DNA from: Eledone cirrhosa | Lineage: Eukaryota | Assembly (NCBI GenBank): GCA_964016885.1 | Contig: OZ024741.1 | Location: 359,228,001 to 359,292,000 of the forward strand | Direction of reading: 5' to 3' | DNA: 64,000 bases | In this document: in pieces, positions 1 to 13,539 of the stretch | Layout of the letters: the number at the start of each line of letters is the position of its first letter | How positions within the stretch are numbered: the stretch's first letter is position 1 | Notes under the pieces: generated by a model | The model's input: only the letters and a program-made list of their open reading frames with translations | Database searches by the model: none | Told to the model about the DNA's origin: nothing | Translations under genes and position numbers: made by a program

Positions 1-11
1 CTGCCTTAGCA

Positions 12-92
<81 letters not shown>

Positions 93-259
93 CAAGAAGT
101 GATAGCCATTATTCAAAATTATATATATATATATATGTGGGTGTGTGTGTGTGAATCCCGGGTTCAATGGGGAGTAACCACAGTAAGTAAGGTACTCAAT
201 ACATTAGTAGAGTGTAAATATCATGTTTAATACAGAAATTTCCTGATGTTTTCTTTTGA

Positions 260-303
260 ATGAAATAGTTCTAGTACTGTAGGAGCCATTTTTATATTAA
301 ACA

Positions 304-339
<36 letters not shown>

Positions 340-381
340 TGTTTAATATAAAAATGGCTCCTACAGTACTAGAACTATTTC

Positions 382-383
<2 letters not shown>
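260..383. repeat. Perfect ~124-bp palindrome with (TA)n centre
   Basis: atgaaatagttctagtactgtaggagccatttttatattaaacatga-(ta)n-tcatgtttaatataaaaatggctcctacagtactagaactatttcat. Confidence 0.95.
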
Positions 384-412
<29 letters not shown>

Positions 413-878
413 CACAGAAAAAAAGAATATCAGTGTTGCGACGAAAGGAATTTATTGGACATATTACAATTGTTTGTCGGGCGACCAGCTCAAGGCACGA
501 TATGATGATCAAACTTGACTCTGAAATCGCGCGGTCCTAGGATACGTCTCGATTCTATGAAGGCATCGAGTGCTCATACGCCCTACCGCATACGGACGCT
601 TTAAGCATCCAACACCAATTATATATATATAGGATAACAAGGTATCGTTTAAGGTAATACAGCTAGAGGTTGTGAGTACTTTGTGTTGAGGATAATTTTA
701 ACGTACGACATTGTTTGACTCAACAAGAAGTTCCCTTAGTCGGGTGGTCAGTTTAAGAAAGTTCCTATGCAGGTGGTTCTTGGAGGATTAATAAGTAAAA
801 GAACGAGAAATAACATGGTCGGCTGTACAAAAGGGTTTATTTAGAGCGGATTTTAGACTCACCTGATTAATATATATA

Positions 879-914
<36 letters not shown>

Positions 915-1543
915 TATATGTATCTACTGGTAACATGCATCCCAGTACAACCTGTCCTATGGTCGGGTCGTTGGCGACTAAACTGGCAACCCCACCAAGG
1001 TTTCTTGGTGAGGAGGGTGACTTTGGACATCCTGCAGGACTAAAAACAAAACCTGTCAAAGGGCAAAGGAGCTCTTGAGAGTCAATGGCCATCCAAAATC
1101 ACTGGGAGAGAAGACCCCTTAGCCTTTGTCAAGGCAGAATTCTAGGAGAAGGAAAACTCTGATATAACACCTGTAACTCTGATGGTATCCAATGATGTTG
1201 ACTTGTTCTTCTTTTTGGTAAATATCCTCTTGGTTAAGAGAGTGGGACTGGCTTTGTGCAGTGCCTTTGCTCACTATAAAAGCTTCACGGCACAGGCATT
1301 GCTTTACATCTGGAGATCTCTCTGCACTTGTCATCACATGGTACCATGGGCCCAGTACTATGTGTCAATAATTGTCACAAGTGTAGTGGTTGTACCAGAC
1401 TTTTCAAGTCGCTGGCTGGACTAAAAAGTCACACTCGTTCAGCGCATCGGTACGAGTTCTTCTACATGGATATAAAGTATTGGCCGTACTCAAAAACGAG
1501 TTGGCAGCCACCATGTATGTATGTATGTATGTATATATGTATG

Positions 1544-1593
<50 letters not shown>

Positions 1594-1603
1594 CATACAT
1601 ACA

Positions 1604-1649
<46 letters not shown>

Positions 1650-1752
1650 AGGAGGAGGTTATAGTTCACTTGAAGCATTGTGTAATGAGGTATAAACGTT
1701 TGTATATGTATAATAAAGCCAAAACAATGCAGGGAAGTAAAGCGGTTACTTC

Positions 1753-1787
1753 CCTCCGAAGAAGAGCTATTATCTCGAAAATTAAGG
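1753..1787 (+). ncRNA. Degenerate minimal hammerhead ribozyme motif (U4C core change)
   Basis: CCT-CCGAAGA-A-GAG(ctattat)CTC-GAAA-AT-TA-AGG; palindromic AATT helix III, 3-bp helix I. Confidence 0.45.
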
Positions 1788-1940
1788 ACATTTAAATAAA
1801 TATAAGGTAAAAGACGAATTGTCAACAATATCTTTTGCATTTGCATTCTTTATTCTATGTCCATACCTGCATTGTTTTGGCTTTATTATACATATACAAA
1901 CATATATATATATATATATATATACATATATATATACACA

Positions 1941-2291
1941 TGGAGGCACATGGCTTAGTGGTTAGAGCATTGGCTTTGCAATCGAAAGATTGTGAGTTCA
2001 ATTCTCAGACCGGTTGATGTGTTGTTTCCTTGAGCAAGACACTTTATTTCACATTGCTCCAGTTTACTCAGCTGTAGAAATGAGATGATAGGGACTGGGG
2101 TCCCTATCATTCCACTGCAAAGTGGTCGTGGAGGTGCCACGGCAAAAAAGCACCCAGCACTCACTGTAAATGAGGTTGGTGTTAGGAAGGGCATCCAGCT
2201 GTAGAAATCAAGCCAGAATCAGTTCCCGTCCCACCCTTGCAAGCAGGGAAAAACGGATGTAAAATGAAATGATGACGATGATGATGATGAT
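1941..2291 (+). mobile_element. tRNA-derived SINE with RTE-type 3' tail and (GAT)n end
   Basis: A-box-like tggcttagtgg and B-box-like gagttcaattc; tail matches the RTE 3' end; near-identical inverted copy at 61480-61823. Confidence 0.85.
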
Positions 2292-2459
2292 ATACATATA
2301 TATACATATGTATACATATATATATATATATATATATGTATACATATGTATACATAGGTATCTGTATATATATACACACATATATATATATACACATACA
2401 TACATATATATATATATAAATATATATATGTATATATACACACACATATATATATATAT

Positions 2460-2520
<61 letters not shown>

Positions 2521-4387
2521 TATATATGCCGTCGGAGTCATACTTTTTCCTATATATAAATACATATATATGTGTGTGTGTGATTGTATGCACACACACA
2601 CCTACATATATATACATCATCATCCTTGCCATTTAACATCTATTTTTTCCAACTTGCTTGGATTAGACAAGTTGTCTCATTATGAGGCCAGACAGGTCAG
2701 GTGATCATGTCTTGCTTATACAAACCATTTTTGGCTTGGGTGCCTTCTTAACACCAACTGCATTATAGCCAGCACTCCCATCTCACAAGGTGGCCAGGTG
2801 ATTTTTATTGTGGCACTATTACAACCACCTTACAGAGTGGATTATGTGCTTTTTGTTGTGTTCCCAGTATGACCACTATACAGGATGGGCTGTGTGCTTT
2901 TTGTTGTGGCACCAACATGACCACATTATAGAGTAGACTGGGTGAGTTTTTGTTGTATCACCAGCATGCCCACCTTGCAAGGTAAACTGGGGGCTTTTTC
3001 TTATGGCAACAGTGCTCCATACATAAACACTCAAAAAGAATCATCTGATTTCAAAAATCTATATTTTTTAAACAAATGGCCATATAATCATGTGGTAACT
3101 TATACAATACATATCTGAATATAAAGTTATATATTTTTTTATAACTTTTATAAATTTTTATAAAGTTATTTACAATTTTTACATGCCTTTTAGTCTGCTT
3201 CATGATGATGATTCTTTTTGATCCACCCTGTATGTATATATATATATATGTAGCAATTGAAAAAACAGAGTTAAAGACTTGCGTTAATCCTCTGTAATTT
3301 TATGAGCTCAAATTACCTGGCTCTCAATAATACAGTATATAGAGAAGAAAACACAAAAAGGGGTTATTTTTTCATTTACAAAGAGTATAGAACCACTATA
3401 GTGAAATATATAAGGTCTACGAAAAGTGGAGAAAGTACATAATAATTAAGAGGTAAAATTAAAATGTAAAACACCCACCTTTATAACTATACACACCTGG
3501 ACATTCCCAAAGAAGAGAATGTTTCGTTAAAGTGCTGGTAACATACCTTGTCAGGACTTATCAACAGGTGTAAAGAAGGTATAGCCAACACGTCTAAGGA
3601 TATTTCAGACAACTGAATAAAGCATGTGTTGATAGAACGAAAACATGTGTACCAGACAGTATATAGTGGCATGAATGGATCAAGAAGCCACTAGAAATGG
3701 CAGCCTATAACCATTCAATTTAAAAAGCTCAACTAACGAAGAATTTATATATATATATATCATCATTCTTTTATGCCTGCTTTCCATGCTGACATGATGG
3801 ACATATCATGAAGATCTTAGTCAATTCTTATTCAGAGTTACCGCTCCCCAAGATGGGTTCAAGGACCAAGTTTCACTCATACATTCTATTTTTGGCACCC
3901 TTCCTAACACCATCCACTTTACAGCGTGTACTGACTGTAATTTATTATGGCAACAGCACTACCACTTTATTGAGTGTACTGGGAGCTTTTTTCATGGATC
4001 CAGCACTACCACCTTACAGGGTGGACTGGATGCTTTTTGTCTTGGCAATACAATTGCAGTCCTTTGTCATCTCCTTGATGAGGCCCAGCATCCTGGGATC
4101 AGTCACCACCACTTCGTCCCATGTTTTACTGAGTCCTCCTCTTCAACAAGTTCTATCCACTTAGAGTGCCTTGGACTTATTTATATAGTTGTCATCCTCC
4201 ATACACACCCCATGTCCAAACTGTCAAGTGTTTGTAGTTAAGTTTAATTTACACATATTCGGTGAAATCTATAGGTTTATTTTGAACTACACTATAGCAT
4301 AAAAAACAAAGTCCTCTTATATATATCAGATAGGGTGTGGTAAAAAACCAAGTAGAGTACTCGATACTTGAGGTAGTAGAGTGGGTA

Positions 4388-4492
4388 ATATGAAAAGATT
4401 CAAGACCCCGACAGCTGAGCTCCAGCCATTTCGACAACTGATCTAGCTGTTGACATGGTCGGAGCTCAGCCGTCGGGGTCCTGAATCTTTTC

Positions 4493-4496
<4 letters not shown>
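4388..4496. repeat. 109-bp imperfect hairpin (52-bp arms)
   Basis: atatgaaaagattcaagaccccgacagctgagctcc...ggagctcagccgtcggggtcctgaatcttttcatat. Confidence 0.9.
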
Positions 4497-4525
<29 letters not shown>

Positions 4526-5289
4526 CACACACACTGTATCAGTACATAGGTATTTAGCACCTTAGGCTTGCCTTACAATGTAAACCCCAATCTCCCAAAT
4601 AAAATAATTTCAACTTATATTTTAGCAAGGAGACAAACCTAGTTTTTTACACTTGCTCTGAGCACACAATAAAAAATTACAAAGCCTGCATTTTCTACTA
4701 CACAGTCCATACTCACTTACACCAACTCATGTGACAGGTCATAATACGATATGAACCCCTCCACCATTTTGGATATTTATTGATTGCAGGAAATTATTAT
4801 ATTAATTAAATATATAATATATTTAATTAAATGATACAGATTTGTGGCTGCTCAGTGAGCCTTAATGGTATTGTCAAGCCAATATACACACATATGTATG
4901 TATTGTCCCATAACTCCTCATAAAGTCGTAGGGGCACCGAATTGACATACAGAATTTCTTGGGCATTTTAAGCCTGGCGGAGCCCACCCCTCTCCAGGCC
5001 TGAGTACAGCAGATTTCTTCCAGAGAAAGGTAGAAAGTGAGAGAGAGGAAATGAGAAAGAGATTTAGAGGAAAAATTGACCCCAGTACTAGACCGGTACT
5101 TTTTTTATCGACTGCGAAAGGATAAAAGGCAAAGTTGACCTTGGCGTGATTTAAACTCAGAGAGCTGGAACGAATACCATAAACTATTCTATCCAAAGTT
5201 CTAACAACTCTGCCAATTTGCTGCCTATACACACATATGAACATGAATATATATTAGTTCTTTTCTATCAAGTTAAAGTAAGAGTAATC

Positions 5290-5660
5290 TCCACCATACC
5301 AAGACCATCATCAATACCATTACATGTACCACTACCCCTATCACTTCCACCACCACCACCACAAATACAACCATTATCATCAACACTACTACTGCCACCA
5401 TAACTGCCAGTACTATCATCACCACTGCTGCCACCAACACTACAATCACTACAACTGTTGCTGCCCCCCCCCCCATACTATCACCACCACTACTACAACC
5501 ACTATCCCCACCACTGCTACCACCAACACCATCACTATTACCACTATTACAACCATGATGACCACTACTACAACCCCTACCACCACCATCTCTGCAGCCA
5601 ACACCACCATCACAACCACTGCCACCATCATTTCCACCACCACCATTACTGTCAGTAACA
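5290..5660. repeat. Degenerate (CAC/CAT/TAC)n low-complexity tract
   Basis: Trinucleotide-like array; the ORFs here are poly-T/H/V artefacts. Confidence 0.9.
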
Positions 5661-5771
5661 GTTACAACAGATCTGTGGCTGCCTGAAGATATATCTATAT
5701 TTAGTAGGATTACTGTATATCTTCTCTGAATAAATGCTTACATACATACACATACACATACATACATAAAC

Positions 5772-5808
<37 letters not shown>

Positions 5809-6339
5809 CATACATACATACACATATACATGCCTATATATACACACATACATACATTTATACACACAAATATATATATATATATGCACACACATACATA
5901 AATACATAACATACACATGCAAACATACACACATACATACATATATACATACATACATATATGCACACACGCATACACACATACATGATGGCTGCAATTC
6001 GATTTTGAGTAATGCCATTGCTTGATACTTAAGCATGAGCATCATAGACATGACATTTTAGTCTTGCAAGGGACTTGCCCATGGCCTGCAATACCATGCA
6101 TGGCAAAAATTGTCACATATCAAGTGGTGTCTGTGCTTAAAGCTTTTTTAAGTGAGGAAAGGCTTTGCATGGGGCCAATCCAACTCTCTGAACATTGAAT
6201 GCATTTGACCAAAAAGAAAAACTAGTCTACATCATTGGATGCAAATGAAGTCACAGGTTTTATATCAGAGTAACCTTCTCCTAGAGAGATGTCTTAATAA
6301 AGACCAGGAGTCTCTCGTACCACAAAAAAAAAATGCATG

Positions 6340-7203
6340 CATACATGCATAAATGCATGCAATCTGACCTGGACACAATGCAACAATGGATCACAGACTG
6401 GCAACTCAAGTTGGCTGTGGACAAGTGTACCACCATGCATTTTGGGAGTAAAAACCCAGTATCCACATACTCCCTCCACAACACTAATATCAAGAAGTCT
6501 TCTTGTGAACGTGACCTGGGCATTACGGTCAGCAGCGATTTGCGTTGGACGAAACACGTCTCTAAAATTGTCAAGAAGGCGAGGGTGTCTTAGCAGCACT
6601 CAGCAAGACCTTTGTCAGCCGCTCTCCTGCTATCTATTTAAAGCTGTATATAGCTATGGTACAGCCACACTTAGAATTTGCATCACCAGTCTGGAACCCC
6701 TATCTTGTTCAGAACATTGACCGCCTGGAAACTATTCAGAGATGTGCAACCAAGCGAATACCCTCCATCAGGCATCTACCATACTCTGAACGCCTTGCTT
6801 CCCTGGGCATGGATACATTGAAGCTCCGACGCCTGGCAACTGACTTGGTAAACACACACAAAATTATTAACCATCTTGCCAACAACCCTGAGTACCTTTT
6901 TGATTTCCATGTGTCTAACACACGTGGGCATGCCTACAAAGTCAGAAAACAGCACAGCTCCCATGACTTTCAGAAACATTTTTTCATGCTCAGAGTTGCT
7001 GAAGCATGGAACAAACTACCTGCATCAGTTGTTAGCTGTTGAGACACTGCATCCTTTAAAACCTCCATTCTTCCTGAGACTCACCAACACTACACCTGTT
7101 CATTTTCCTGACATTTGTACATTATTCTATGTACTATACATGCACCTTTGATGAGTTGTAGTGCACCTGAGCACTGTTCACAATAATTTCATTATTATTA
7201 TTA
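6340..7203 (+). mobile_element. 5'-truncated CR1/L2-like LINE (RT C-terminus) with (ATT)n tail
   Basis: WQLKLAVDKC, ERDLGITVSSDLRW, PHLEFASPVWNP, TRGHAYK, WNKLP motifs; frameshift near 6590; a second 3' fragment lies on - at ~14846-15080. Confidence 0.9.
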
Positions 7204-7239
7204 TACATACATAATACATGTATGCATGTACACATACAC

Positions 7240-8900
7240 TATCCTAAAGTTAAATACAGAGTAGGAGGACTCCATTTTCACTGATAAAATAGAATATCAC
7301 AGGGGTATGTTTCAAGGAGACAGTCTCTCAGTGTTACTATTTATCCTGTCATTAAAACCCTTGCCTTTCTGCTGAAAAATATGAAGGATACATAACTCGT
7401 TCACAGGAGGACAGGAATATAAACCTAACCCATAACTTCTTTGTGGATGACCTGAAACTCTATGCCAAGAACATAAATGGGGTGAAGAAAAACCTTGACC
7501 TGGTTACAACATTCTCAAAGGATATAGGAATGGAGTTAGGCCAGGATAAATGGTTATATATAATTGTAAAGCAGGCAAAAACTACAAGTCAATCTAACAA
7601 TTAATGACCTGACTGTTTCACCAGCACCTAACGAGAACTGCTACAGATACTTGGGGATAGATTAAAATATATCCTATGATGGTATTTGTAAGAAGGAATG
7701 TGTAACCAGGGGCTATAACACCCAAATAAGAAAAATATGGTCTTCTGAACTTTCTGTACACAATAAATCAGTAGCCCACATTGTGTTAGCTGTGCCTCTT
7801 CATTTGGAATACTTGATTGGACACTAGATGAATCTGAACCATTGATGTTAAAATCTGAAAAATCCTAACCAGCAATGGAAATTTCCTCATGAACAGTGAC
7901 ATAGACCGCCTCTACCTGAAACATAAACAAGGAGGCAAAGGCTCCAGACAGCATTTGAATGTTGCATCATATCCCTCCAACAACATGTATGAACCACCAA
8001 GCATAGGAGCCCATCATGAGAGTTGGGAAGAAGCTCTTTGAGAAATACTCCCTGCATGATAACCAAAAATTCACACCCAGAGAAATTGCACGGCAATACC
8101 ACAATAAATCCATGAATGAAAAACTGCATACTTGTCAGCAAAAAATCATGCATGGCTATGTTTCCAGAAAGCTCCAATGTGAGAGTAATATAGATAAGCA
8201 AAGTAGTCTATCTTGGACCAACAACCACTATATTGACTCTCAATTTGAAGGATATGCAATCCAAGAAGAAAAAATAACTGCAAAATACCTGCTTCACAAA
8301 AGAGCTAGGGATGCAGGCAAAACACCTAGATGTGACAACAAATGCAGACTCTGTGGAAGATATCACCCATATCATAAGCAGCTGTCCAAAGATGTCATCA
8401 TGGTACTATCTACCTTTGAAGCATGATAAGTAACCAAAACACTATGCATAGAAAGGATAGCCCCGGCATTAAATAAATAGAAAATTACAGAATGTGGAGG
8501 ACATATACATACATAATATGAAAGATTATTAGTGTAATATTCCAGTCAAAACCCACAACAAACCAAACATAGTGATATGGGACAGAGAAAGGAAAAACAT
8601 GCACAGTAGTGGATTAGCTACCCAGCAGATGTCAATATAATGTTAAAGATCAGTGAAAATGAGAACATTTATGCTGAACTAATGATGAATTTTTAAATAC
8701 TCCACCCTTGCTATAGCTTTAGATTTTTACCTGCTTCAATACAAATCTTGAGAAGTTGGGCTTCACAGAACCAGAAAGAGCAGAGCTAGTTAGGAAATTA
8801 CAAGTAAAATCCATTAATGGAACTGTAAAAATATGTAAAACTTTTCAGAAATCCTGCATGTAATAACTGCATATACACATATATAGACACAGAAACATAT
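7240..8900 (+). mobile_element. Decayed restriction-like-endonuclease non-LTR retrotransposon (R4/Dong-like)
   Basis: GMFQGDSLSVLLF and FFVDDLKLY RT motifs, KCRLCG zinc knuckle, KPNIVIWD RLE motif; many stops and frameshifts. Confidence 0.75.
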
Positions 8901-9264
8901 ACATGTGAACACATATAACTCAAAACAGGGAGATCCACACACACACAATAACATCCATACCTGTACAGACACAAACACATATAGACATACAGACATATTT
9001 ACCTAGTTGATGTTGTCTAAATTTCAATGAAAGAGTCTTGTGTCTATGTTAGAAACCGACTTCCTCTCTATTATTGAAAATTCATAAATTAATAAAACCA
9101 GATTTATTAAAGTTGTGGTATAAATATGGCCACATGCATTTGGTCGCTTTTCTTGGTGTCACACTTTCTTAACTCTGGACAAAAATATATTAAACATTCG
9201 CAACATTGAGTGCTTTATGACTGCCTCAAACAATTCAATTGGTATCTGCTATATTGCAGCAACA

Positions 9265-10190
9265 ATGGCAGTATCGGTAGAGGGTCGGACGCCATGCTTT
9301 CCAGCATAGTTACGTCCCTTTACGGTCTGAGTTCAAATCCCGCCGAAGTTAACTTTGCCTTTCATCGTTACGGGGTCGATAAAATAAAGTACCAGTAATG
9401 TACTGGGTAATTGATGGCCTTGTGCCAAATGTAGAAACAATTATTACTGAATCGGCAGTATCGGTAGAGGGTCAGACACCATGCTTAAGAGCATAGAGTT
9501 ACGTCCCTTTATGGTCTGAATTCAAATCCCACCAAAATTAACTTTGCCTTTCATCCTTATGGGGTCGATAAAATAAAGCACGAGTAATGTACTGGGATAA
9601 TTGCTGGCCTTGTGTCAGACACCCGTGCTTTGCAGCATAGAGTTACGGTCCTTTACAGTCTGAGTTCAAATCCCGTCGAAGTTAACTTTGCCTTTCATCC
9701 TTACGGGGTCGAAAAAATAAAGCACCAGTAACGTACTGGGGTCGATGTTATCGACGTTCCCCTCCCCCAAAATTGCTGGCCTTGTGCCTATATAAGAAAC
9801 CATTATTATCATATATATATATATACATACATAAACACATATACATATACACACACACAATATACTGCATACTACCCAATACATACCACATTAGATACAC
9901 ATTAGCAAGCCTCACCACCTCTGCTATCACTACCATAACTACCACCATCATCATTATCATCAAGAGAGAAAAACTAATCTTATCTACCATTAATGAACGG
10001 TGGATTGGCAGTATCGGTAGAGAGTCGGGCGCCATGCTTTGACGCATAGAATTACGGCCCTTGCCATTCTGAGTTCAAATACCGCCGAGGTTAATTTTGC
10101 CTTTCATCCTTACGGGGTCGATAAAATAAAGTACCAGTAATGCACTGAGTAATTTGCTGGCCTTGTGCCAAAAGTAGAAACAATTAATGA
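9265..10190 (+). mobile_element. Cluster of ~4 tandem/adjacent tRNA-derived SINE copies
   Basis: Repeated ggcagtatcggtagag...gagttcaaatcccgccgaagttaactttgcctttcatccttacggggtcgataaaataaagtaccag; further copies at ~5070-5220, 16275-16390, 20230-20590, 22170-22470, 46290-46510. Confidence 0.85.
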
Positions 10191-11521
10191 AATCTATTTA
10201 ATACGAAGGGGAACAACTCTGAATTTGTGATCACCATATTGCATGCATCACGGGATATAAAAAAAAATTCGTTGTAACGAAAAATTCTTTATAACGAGAT
10301 CGACGAAACAATTTGAGCGTTTGTTTATTACCTCGAGGATTGAAAAAATTTCGTTATACTGAAACATTCGTTATAAAAGTATTCGTTATACATACACACG
10401 CACACGCCTGGATTTAGTGGGGATGGTGTGTAGAGTGATACTGATAATAGCAACTACATGAGCAAGGATGGGGTACAGTAATTGTGGGGATAGCTACTAC
10501 AGGGTAATAGTGGGAGGTGAGATGACATGTGGATAAGTCAGGTCAAATTTTAGGCTAGTAGATGGCTCTTCACCAGCACAACTTTAAGCCAGCCCCTTGC
10601 AGCTTTTTGTTATCTTTGTTGTGAGGTTCAGCCTCTTAAGATCATTATCATCATGCTTACATGAGTTATATGGGTTGTTACGTGATGAGGCCAGACATGT
10701 TAGACATACCGTGATCTGATTGTGCCTTGGTTTTCTATGTCTGGATGCCCTTCCTAATGCCAACTGTATTACAGCATGCACTAGGAGTTCATTTCATGGC
10801 ACCTGTATGATCACCATGCAGGGTGGACAGGGTGTTTTTTTTTTTTCATGGTACCAGCACAACCGCCTTACAGGATGGACTGAGTGATTTTTGTCATAGC
10901 ACCAGCACTGCTGGCAAGCATATGACATGTCATGGGGGTGACCTTGAAGAGAGTAAGTTACACTTGGCAGTATATTGTAGAGCAGGCATGTCAAACTGAG
11001 GGTCCCCCAAGGGCCACATGGGTCACATATGTGTTGTCTGAGGGCCACACATGACAACTAATTGTGCACATTACAACTAAAATTTTTTATTTTATATTAC
11101 GTTCAGCTGTAAAAACTTTTGTGTGGGCCGCAGGTGTATGCATTGGTTGGACAGAAAAGGTGTGTCAAGGATCTGGCAGGGGGTAAGGTGAGCATATCAT
11201 CATCAAACATCTACCTATGCCCACCCGTGCCAGAGGGGCTATTACGTTCTGGGACTTGGTCTGATAGGTGACCATGTCTTGTTAAGACATTCCATTCTGG
11301 TATAGCTACCATCGCCATGATGTGCCCAGAAGCAATTGAGAAGATGATCTTCCCAATTCTGGGCATTTTTTTTTTCCGTTTCTTCCCATTCTATCTTCTG
11401 ATGAAAAAATAATGTCCAAAATGTTAAGACTCCTTTCCTACTAGATCAAGCATTAAACTAATATATTTCTTCATTATACTGTATTCTTTGCTTAGTTGTT
11501 TATGTTTACTTTTGGCATATA

Positions 11522-11601
11522 TATATACAATACTTAATATAGAAATGCCTTCTACCGGACTAGTCCTCTAGAACCCATTTCTATATTAAATATTGTATAT
11601 A
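11522..11601. repeat. 80-bp imperfect palindrome centred on ggactagtcc
   Basis: tatatacaatacttaatatagaaatg...catttctatattaaatattgtatata. Confidence 0.9.
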
Positions 11602-12479
11602 GTCTACTATGTATTGAGTACCTTACCTACTGTGGTTACTCCCGATTGAACCCAGGATACACATACATTCCTTTAGGAACTTGTATGTCAGCCAGGCGCA
11701 CAAACAGAAGGACGTGTCTTTTGCCAGCAGCACATCACAAAATCGGATTTTCATCTGAAAGTACCATTCTCATAACAACAACAAATGCATGAATTACATC
11801 TTGGATTGCATTAAAGAACCGTTGGAATAATTATTATGAATAAGCGATTTATGTAACATCAGTACCTTTCTTAATGTTATTCTTATATATATATCATCAT
11901 CATCATCATCATCGTTTAACGTCCATCTTCTATGCTAGCATGGGTTGGACAGGTTTGTCCCACTTGAGGCAAGATTGGTCAGGTGACTGTGTCTCGCTCA
12001 TACAGAACTGTTTCTGGCAGGTTTTCTATGGCTGGATGTTCTTCCTAACACCAACCACATTTACAGTGTGGACTGGAAGTCTTTTTACCATGTCTCCTAC
12101 ACTACCACTTTACAGCGTGGACTGGGAGCCTTTTTACCGCGTTTCTTACATGACCACTTTACAGTGTGGACTGGGTTCTTTTTGTCGTGCCACCTACACG
12201 ACTACTTTACAGTGGACAGAAGTGGGAGGATGGAGCAGGGGGTGGGGTTATTCTTTGGGAAGGTCATGCTGCCAATAAAAACACATGCACCTGTTGGTTT
12301 TCATTTCAATTTATTACAAATTTCCGGTTGGTTGTTTGGTTCACTAACCAGATGGTTGTTTATTTATTGTCAAAGCTTTTTCGTCATATGATCACCTCGG
12401 TGACTGATTTGTTATTTCGAGTCTCTCCCTTTTTCTGTCCTACACCATCAAAAACAAGAAGCTTTTTGTGACATTTTGT

Positions 12480-13480
12480 TGGTGTAAACACAAATTGAGA
12501 CGAGAAAACCTAATCCATGAAATCAAAGAGTGACTCTACTGCTGGAAATGCCTGGTTTTAAGCTATAGTAGACCAATCAACACTGGGGAGGTTGAAGTAA
12601 CTCATCATTAGTATGTTACCAAGATGGCACTGCTGGCTAAAAGACTTTATGCTATTGAGGCATTCCTTGAAGGCATTTGGGGTGGTCTATAGAGCCCAAC
12701 CACTGTTAAGTCATTGAATGTATTGTGAACAGAAACTGTTTCAGATTTAGCCTTTGGAGAATGTCATGTGTTGCTACCATAAAAGAATCATGCAAGAAAA
12801 TGGCAGTTCACCCTTTCTTTTGCTGACATCTGTGCAGATGGTTGTAAAATTCCTCACATTCACTTCAGCTTCCAGGTGGGGGTTGTCAAGATATGTCTCA
12901 GTTAGGATGAAGAAAGGGATGTGGTGGGGATAGTCAACCTAATCCTCAATGAATTAGATCTTTCATTTTTGTGCATTGATGAAAGGGCTGATACCTTGTG
13001 CATTAAGCAAAAATGTTGAGGCTAGAATAATGGCTGGCTTTGATTGTTTTGGGGTTCTTGTTGTGGATTTGTTGCTTAAAGACAGCAATGGGGGTTAGTA
13101 TACTGAGATTATAGCAGAAGTTGGTGTTGAGTGATGGCTAGGTTTTTTGGATCTTTTGGTCAGATTCATCATACATAAAAAGGGGTTTTCCTGTTAAAGG
13201 AAAGACTGGTACCTGGAGTTATTGTAGGCACACTGCCTAATAAGATTGTTTGTAGGTGTGATTGCAGCTGTTTGCTATATTTTGGGGAAAGTCTGGACCA
13301 GCACTATTACAGCAGGGGATGATTTTACTGTAGGTTTAGTGTTGGCTTGGATTCCTATTTATATTTATTGGTGCATTGAGTCCATGGAAGATGAGTAAAA
13401 GGACATTCTTGCTGCAGACATAATCTGTCATGTTGGGAATATTGGCAGATTTATGATTCCTTATTATGCATTTAAGTGTG
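12480..13480 (-). mobile_element. Decayed LINE fragment (APE endonuclease N-terminus)
   Basis: Minus-strand translation LLNAQGISP...HIPFFILTETYL resembles APE motifs I/II; disrupted. Confidence 0.5.
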
Positions 13481-13539
13481 GTTTAGTAATTGGTGGTGGT
13501 GGTAGTGGTGGTGGCAATGCTTTTGTAGGATATGTTAAA

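Noticed and set aside
1941-2012. tRNA gene
   Set aside because: A/B boxes are present but there is no complete cloverleaf; it is a SINE head
2780-3000. ~40-45 bp periodic repeats (accactttacagtgtggactgg...) resembling a CRISPR array, also at 12050-12220, 53900-54030, 56290-56460
   Set aside because: Degenerate tandem units of the RTE/SINE 3' UTR with no unique spacers, in a eukaryotic context with no cas genes
1-6051. Many ORFs rich in YI/HT/CV/T/H (also 28621, 32127, 43642-46139, 48610-48966)
   Set aside because: Translations of (TA)n, (CA)n, (TACA)n and (CAC)n microsatellites
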